A stretch of DNA of 64,000 nt from Candidatus Bathyarchaeia archaeon (GTDB taxonomy: Archaea; Thermoproteota; Bathyarchaeia; Bathyarchaeales; Bathycorpusculaceae): positions 1 through 64,000 of the forward strand of contig JBEKTQ010000020.1 in assembly GCA_049515895.1 (NCBI GenBank), given 5' to 3'. The notes under the pieces are model-generated. The model did no database searches, was not told where the DNA came from, and was given only the letters and a program-made list of their open reading frames with translations. Shown piece after piece: positions 59,387 through 64,000 of the stretch. Made by a program: the position numbers and the translations under genes. Each line of letters starts with the position of its first letter. Position 1 is the first letter of the stretch.

Positions 59387-60226
59387 TTGACGGTAACCTT
59401 GCACAGTCGACTCTTCAGGAGGTTTGTTCGATCTAGAGGTGCCCTAGCATTGCCGGTTACATTCCTTATACTGCTCGTGTCAACGTTAGCCATCATAACA
59501 GTTACCTATGCCTTAGCCGTTGAAAACATCAAAACACAAAGCGAAAGTCTCAAAGTTTCCACCGCACAACAAGACTTTCTATCTCTAGATAACGTTATTC
59601 TTTCAACTTTGGGTCAGCCTGGCTCCTCCGGTACCATTGACCTGAGTGATTCAGGCGGATCAACAAACATCCAGCCCACAGGCAATTATCTTACCATCAA
59701 CGTTATGGATAATTCAGGTATCGACGCAACAATCTTTAACTCGTCAGTAGGCCAAGTCAACTATGAACTTCCAAGTTCAGGCTCAATTGACACAGGACTT
59801 TACCTAGCTGGAGACAGCCAAACAATAACCAACCAAAGCGGTTCCTCACCGAGTCAGCTTTACATAACAGCTGGGCTTAACGGGCCTGAGATCCAGCTGC
59901 AATATAGGCCAACAGTGACGTATGCGACGGCTGGATTACAAAATGGTCAAGTCGTCAACGATATTCGCATCTACATTGTAAACTTGAATTCTTCAGACTC
60001 AATAACATTGCAAGGCCAGCTTCCTCTACAAATTTCCTGCACAAGTACAAAATTGACAACTGTAACTTACCAAATTCCCCGCCAAACTCAAAACTTAGAG
60101 ATAACTTCGCAATTGAACGGAGCCAATGGCAGCGTTTCCATTCCGATTTCAAGCACATCTGCCGGCTCAATAATCAACATAGAAACAGTAATTTCTAATG
60201 TGTCAATCGAGAGGGGAATATCGTAA
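59387..60226 (+). CDS. Pilin-like accessory protein
   Basis: RSRGA/LALPVTFLILL class III-like signal; Ser/Thr/Asn-rich body. Confidence 0.7.
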   Translation: MTVTLHSRLFRRFVRSRGALALPVTFLILLVSTLAIITVTYALAVENIKTQSESLKVSTAQQDFLSLDNVILSTLGQPGSSGTIDLSDSGGSTNIQPTGNYLTINVMDNSGIDATIFNSSVGQVNYELPSSGSIDTGLYLAGDSQTITNQSGSSPSQLYITAGLNGPEIQLQYRPTVTYATAGLQNGQVVNDIRIYIVNLNSSDSITLQGQLPLQISCTSTKLTTVTYQIPRQTQNLEITSQLNGANGSVSIPISSTSAGSIINIETVISNVSIERGIS

Positions 60227-60229
60227 ACA

Positions 60230-60670
60230 ATGGTGACGATAATTCCAAGTTACGTGTATTCGATTTTTGCAGCACTTATAGTCGGTACAATCATAGTTTC
60301 GAGTTGCAGCCTTTCAATGGTAAATATAAGAACGGAAGCTGAAAATCAACAGTTAGCTAATGTTGACCAATATGTAGCAGCCCAAAGCCTAAATCTTATA
60401 GCGCAAGTAACCGAAGACGGCCAAAACATTACTCAATTTCTAGATCTTCCTTCACAGATCGGGAACCAAGAATACTCTTTATGCCTCGCAAACGACTCGT
60501 ATAGTGCGTGGGTTGGATCCGGCTTCGGAACAACTGTCCAAGATCAACCACAAATATGGATACCTGCCCAAATTGATGCCTCTGGCACTTTTACAAGTGG
60601 TTGGGGAAGACCTTTTTTGCAATGTAACTGCGAGAATCAAACTGTTACTTTAAAATTATCGAGTGAGTGA
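60230..60670 (+). CDS. Pilus-associated membrane-anchored protein
   Basis: N-terminal TM, LP..IG..Y motif, in the pilus operon. Confidence 0.6.
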   Translation: MVTIIPSYVYSIFAALIVGTIIVSSCSLSMVNIRTEAENQQLANVDQYVAAQSLNLIAQVTEDGQNITQFLDLPSQIGNQEYSLCLANDSYSAWVGSGFGTTVQDQPQIWIPAQIDASGTFTSGWGRPFLQCNCENQTVTLKLSSE

Positions 60671-62253
60671 TCGAAATGAAATTTGGTAAAAAGAAAGAAG
60701 AAGTCCAAGAAAAAGAAAAAACCTCAGACGAAGAGATGATTGCTTACTTAGGCATTCAGGGCTACCAAGTGCCTGAAGGGTATACTCAAGTTGAAAGTTA
60801 TCCACTTAATCCTCCTTTCTCTTATGCGTGGATATTCCAAGATGATTCTGAAGGAAGTTACTTCTACGTTGTCGATGAGCTTCCTATGTCAAGAGAAGAA
60901 AGAGAATCCTACAAACGCCTAAAGAGTATTCTAGAATACGAGCTTAAAGCCCCAAGGATAGATGAAACGCTTGTTGAATCGTTCCATAGACAGGTTCCAT
61001 CTATACTGGAAGAGCACGTCAAGGCTCTTGAAGGAATTGACCAGGTTGGTCTAAGAAAAATCACTTACTACATTGAAAAGGACTTGATAGGTTATGGAAA
61101 AATCGAAGGCCTCATAAATGATCCGTTAATAGAAGATATAAGCTGTTTAGGCATAAACAAATCCGTTTTCATTTATCATAGAAAATATGCTAATGCACGG
61201 ACCAACATTATTTTTAGTGATGAGGAAGAATTAGACGATTTTATGACAAGAATAGTGCATAGACAAGGCAAACACGTGAGCATTGCTCATCCAATAGTGG
61301 ACTTAACCCTACCGGGAAAACACAGACTTGCAATATCTTTCGGAAAAGAAACGACCCCCGCCGGAACAAGCTTCACTATAAGAAAATTCAGAGATGACCC
61401 CTTAACCATCGTGGACTTAATAATCAATGAGACAATTGACGAGTCAATCGCGGCGTACCTTTGGATGCTAATGGAAAACAAAATGTCAGTAATGATTGTA
61501 GGACCAACTGGTGCTGGAAAGACAACCGCGTTGAATGCTATTGCATGTCTGGTGCGACCGGATTTTAAGATGATTTCGATTGAAGAAGTTCAAGAAATTA
61601 ACTTGCCACAGGAAAACTGGGTGTCGACCGTTGCACGCGAGGGTTTCGGAGGAGACAGCGAAGGCGAAGTCACCCTCTACGACTTGATAAAGTCAGCCGT
61701 TAGGCACAGACCTGCATTAATCCTAGTAGGCGAAATCAGAGGCGAAGAAGCATACGTTCTCTTCCAAGCCCTGGCTACGGGACACGGCGGATTATGTACA
61801 ATGCACGCTGACGATGTTGAAACAGTCATTAAACGACTAACCCAACCACCCATGAACATCCCGCAAAACATACTTTCACTGATGAACTGTGTAATAGTTG
61901 TTAAGCAAGTAAAAACTTCAAGTATCTACCCGACGGAACGAAAAATGTCTTTCAGAAAATTTGTCAGCGTCGGGGAAATCGATAACAACGGTGTCCCAAT
62001 CGAAGTTTTCAATTGGAACATGTCCTCAGACACTTTCCATCAAAACCTAGATAAAAGCTACTTGCTATCAAAAATAGCCAAAAACCTCGACGCTCCCCTA
62101 AGCGTTGTTCAACAAGAGTTTGAACGAAGAAAACAGATTATGCTAAAAATGGTCGAGCAAAACCTGAGAGACTTCAGAAGCGTCCACAAAGCATTAAACA
62201 GCTCACTTGTCCTCTCGGATTTAGCCGCTAAAGAACAATCTAAGGTGCCATAA
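60667..62253 (+). CDS. Type II/IV secretion (pilus assembly) ATPase
   Basis: FTIRKF, GPTGAGKTT, SIEEVQE, LVGEIRGEEA, TGH..CTMHA. Confidence 0.95.
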   Translation: MIEMKFGKKKEEVQEKEKTSDEEMIAYLGIQGYQVPEGYTQVESYPLNPPFSYAWIFQDDSEGSYFYVVDELPMSREERESYKRLKSILEYELKAPRIDETLVESFHRQVPSILEEHVKALEGIDQVGLRKITYYIEKDLIGYGKIEGLINDPLIEDISCLGINKSVFIYHRKYANARTNIIFSDEEELDDFMTRIVHRQGKHVSIAHPIVDLTLPGKHRLAISFGKETTPAGTSFTIRKFRDDPLTIVDLIINETIDESIAAYLWMLMENKMSVMIVGPTGAGKTTALNAIACLVRPDFKMISIEEVQEINLPQENWVSTVAREGFGGDSEGEVTLYDLIKSAVRHRPALILVGEIRGEEAYVLFQALATGHGGLCTMHADDVETVIKRLTQPPMNIPQNILSLMNCVIVVKQVKTSSIYPTERKMSFRKFVSVGEIDNNGVPIEVFNWNMSSDTFHQNLDKSYLLSKIAKNLDAPLSVVQQEFERRKQIMLKMVEQNLRDFRSVHKALNSSLVLSDLAAKEQSKVP

Positions 62254-62257
62254 CAAA

Positions 62258-63775
62258 ATGGGCGTTTCCGGCGGTTTTATCGGCAAAATCTTCGGCTCAA
62301 TATCTAAAGCGAGCAGTGAAGAAAAAGAAAAAACCGAGCGGGAACTTCCATTCGCAGTAATGATTTTCACGCTTATGGCTGCAAGCGGAATATCCCCGTA
62401 CGACAGCTGGAAGAGAATGCGAAAGCTTGACTTCCTACCCGCATTCAAAAAAGAAGCCGACGAAGTCGTGCGTCAAGTCGAAGTTTTAGGCAAAGACCCT
62501 TTGACCGTCTTGCAAATGCGGGCTGAAGCGACAGGGTCCAAACTTTATAGAAATTTTCTGGGCGGTTTTGTTTCATCAATCAGAAGCGGCGGAAAAATGG
62601 TTGATTATATGAAAAGTCAGCTGAAAGCGATCTTTGAGCTGCGATTCATTAATCTGAACCGATCAATTGAGAAAATCGCCACTTTGGTTGAAGCTTACTC
62701 AGTTATGCTGATTGTTGTGTTGTGCTCGTACATTCTTTTTGTTGTTTTATCATCAACCAACGTTATGTCTCTAGTGGTAGGCTCTTCGCTCTCTGCTTCG
62801 CCTTTGCTGTCTTACGTGATTGCTTTTGTTATAATGCCAGTGGGATCGTGCATTTTCATTTTGATGGCTCATAATTTGCAACAAAGCGCTTTTCCTGACT
62901 TGAAAGACCTCTACAAAAGAGCCCTATTCTTCATACCACCTGTATTCGTCGTAATAGCCTTATTCGCGTTGATTCCTCAGCTATCACAAGCAATAAGCCA
63001 GATAGGCTTACCTGCAATCGCCACCATATGCCTCGTTGCAGCTTCACTGCCAATTGCACTTCAATACAGGAAGATCTCAAAAATCAACTATAACGCAGAA
63101 GAATCACTTCCCAACTTCATAAGAGACATAACAGAATCACAAAAAACCGGACTTTCCCCAGAAAAAAGTATAATACAAGCTACAAAACGCAAAGATTACG
63201 GACCCTTCTCCAAATTTTTAGAATTAATGCGTAGCCAAATAGAATGGGGCATACCTTTAAGAAAAACTTTTGAAAACATCCGTAAAGAAATTCGAAGTTG
63301 GTTTGTAACGGTAAACTTCGCCATGATGGTGGAAACCATTGAAGTCGGCGGGAACCAAACCCAGTCGCTAGAGATACTTTCGGAATATAGCGAAAAAGAA
63401 CACGAATTGCAAATCAATCGACGTGAACTCTTGAAGCCCTATATACTTCTTGCTTTTATGTGGAGCGGATTAATCGCGGTCACAACTACAATAGTGGCTT
63501 TAACTACTAATTTAACCACCAGCATGATGACGACTGTTAACAAGTCAAGCCTCGCATCAGTGGCTTCAACACCCGTGTCCGGCCAACTTAACATGTTCTC
63601 TGTGGGCATTATCATTCAGTGTTGGATCTCAGGGTTCTTCATCGGAAAAATCAGCGAAGGCAACCTGGGCGCTGGTTTTAAACATGCAGCATTGCTTGCA
63701 ACGACAGCGTACGTGTCTTTGGTCGTTTCTCAAATTGTTCTTTCGAGACTTTTTGGAGGACTAATCGGCACATAG
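62258..63775 (+). CDS. TadC/GspF-like pilus membrane platform protein
   Basis: Two T2SSF domains (ELPFA...SG; LPNFIRD...TG), FIGKISEG. Confidence 0.9.
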   Translation: MGVSGGFIGKIFGSISKASSEEKEKTERELPFAVMIFTLMAASGISPYDSWKRMRKLDFLPAFKKEADEVVRQVEVLGKDPLTVLQMRAEATGSKLYRNFLGGFVSSIRSGGKMVDYMKSQLKAIFELRFINLNRSIEKIATLVEAYSVMLIVVLCSYILFVVLSSTNVMSLVVGSSLSASPLLSYVIAFVIMPVGSCIFILMAHNLQQSAFPDLKDLYKRALFFIPPVFVVIALFALIPQLSQAISQIGLPAIATICLVAASLPIALQYRKISKINYNAEESLPNFIRDITESQKTGLSPEKSIIQATKRKDYGPFSKFLELMRSQIEWGIPLRKTFENIRKEIRSWFVTVNFAMMVETIEVGGNQTQSLEILSEYSEKEHELQINRRELLKPYILLAFMWSGLIAVTTTIVALTTNLTTSMMTTVNKSSLASVASTPVSGQLNMFSVGIIIQCWISGFFIGKISEGNLGAGFKHAALLATTAYVSLVVSQIVLSRLFGGLIGT

Positions 63776-63791
63776 TAGGAGAAAAAGTGCG

Positions 63792-64000
63792 TTGCCTTCA
63801 ACATCCATTGACACCTTCTTCGCGTGCACAATCATTGTAGCAGTAGCTTTGATAGCAACTGCTTTTCTAACCTCAACGATGCAGACTAGTATTAACAGCA
63901 CACAAGATATCAACAAAGAAAGTTACCTGCAATCAATAGCCGATCACATCATAACAAGTCCTGGAGCCCCCGTTAATTGGGGAAGCAGTAGCATTGTTCC
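63792..64000 (+). CDS. Pilus-associated protein, partial (runs off the window)
   Basis: TTG start, MPSTSIDTFFACTIIVAV TM, SPGAPVNWG; no stop before the window end. Confidence 0.6.
   Translation, partial: MPSTSIDTFFACTIIVAVALIATAFLTSTMQTSINSTQDINKESYLQSIADHIITSPGAPVNWGSSSIV

Noticed and set aside
57547-63775. Archaellum operon
   Set aside because: No archaellin signature or ArlH/F/G; organisation fits a type IV pilus

Overview
Archaeal DNA, with two group II chaperonins, TrmB regulators and an archaeal type IV pilus locus; the gene content resembles Bathyarchaeia (inference). 1-9.1 kb is a graveyard of nested, frameshifted IS110, IS1182 and IS66 elements around a TrmB regulator and an MFS transporter. 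9.2-41.6 kb is an apparently co-regulated accessory island. It holds a corrinoid protein, a UroD/MtaA-family methyltransferase and a RamA-type activator; a LipS1/LipS2/ligase/GcvH lipoate-assembly set without E3 or glycine-cleavage P/T; HdrABC-MvhADG; a group IV nitrogenase-like NifH-NifD fusion plus partner subunit; MoxR/VWA; and two extra thermosome subunits, one with a degenerate ATP motif. A 14-bp operator sits 11 bp upstream of the TATA box at five island promoters. After tRNA-like scars at about 41.6 kb the window looks like core genome: tandem bacterioferritin, 2-oxoacid:ferredoxin oxidoreductase, nrdR-nrdD-nrdG, a 10-bp-periodic repeat array, and a type IV pilus locus. In that locus one intact pilin is followed by two frameshifted copies with different variable regions. 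The best novelty candidates are the lipoyl/Hdr/nitrogenase-like/corrinoid system and the possible silent pilin cassettes. All functional calls come from motifs read by eye; no database searches were run.
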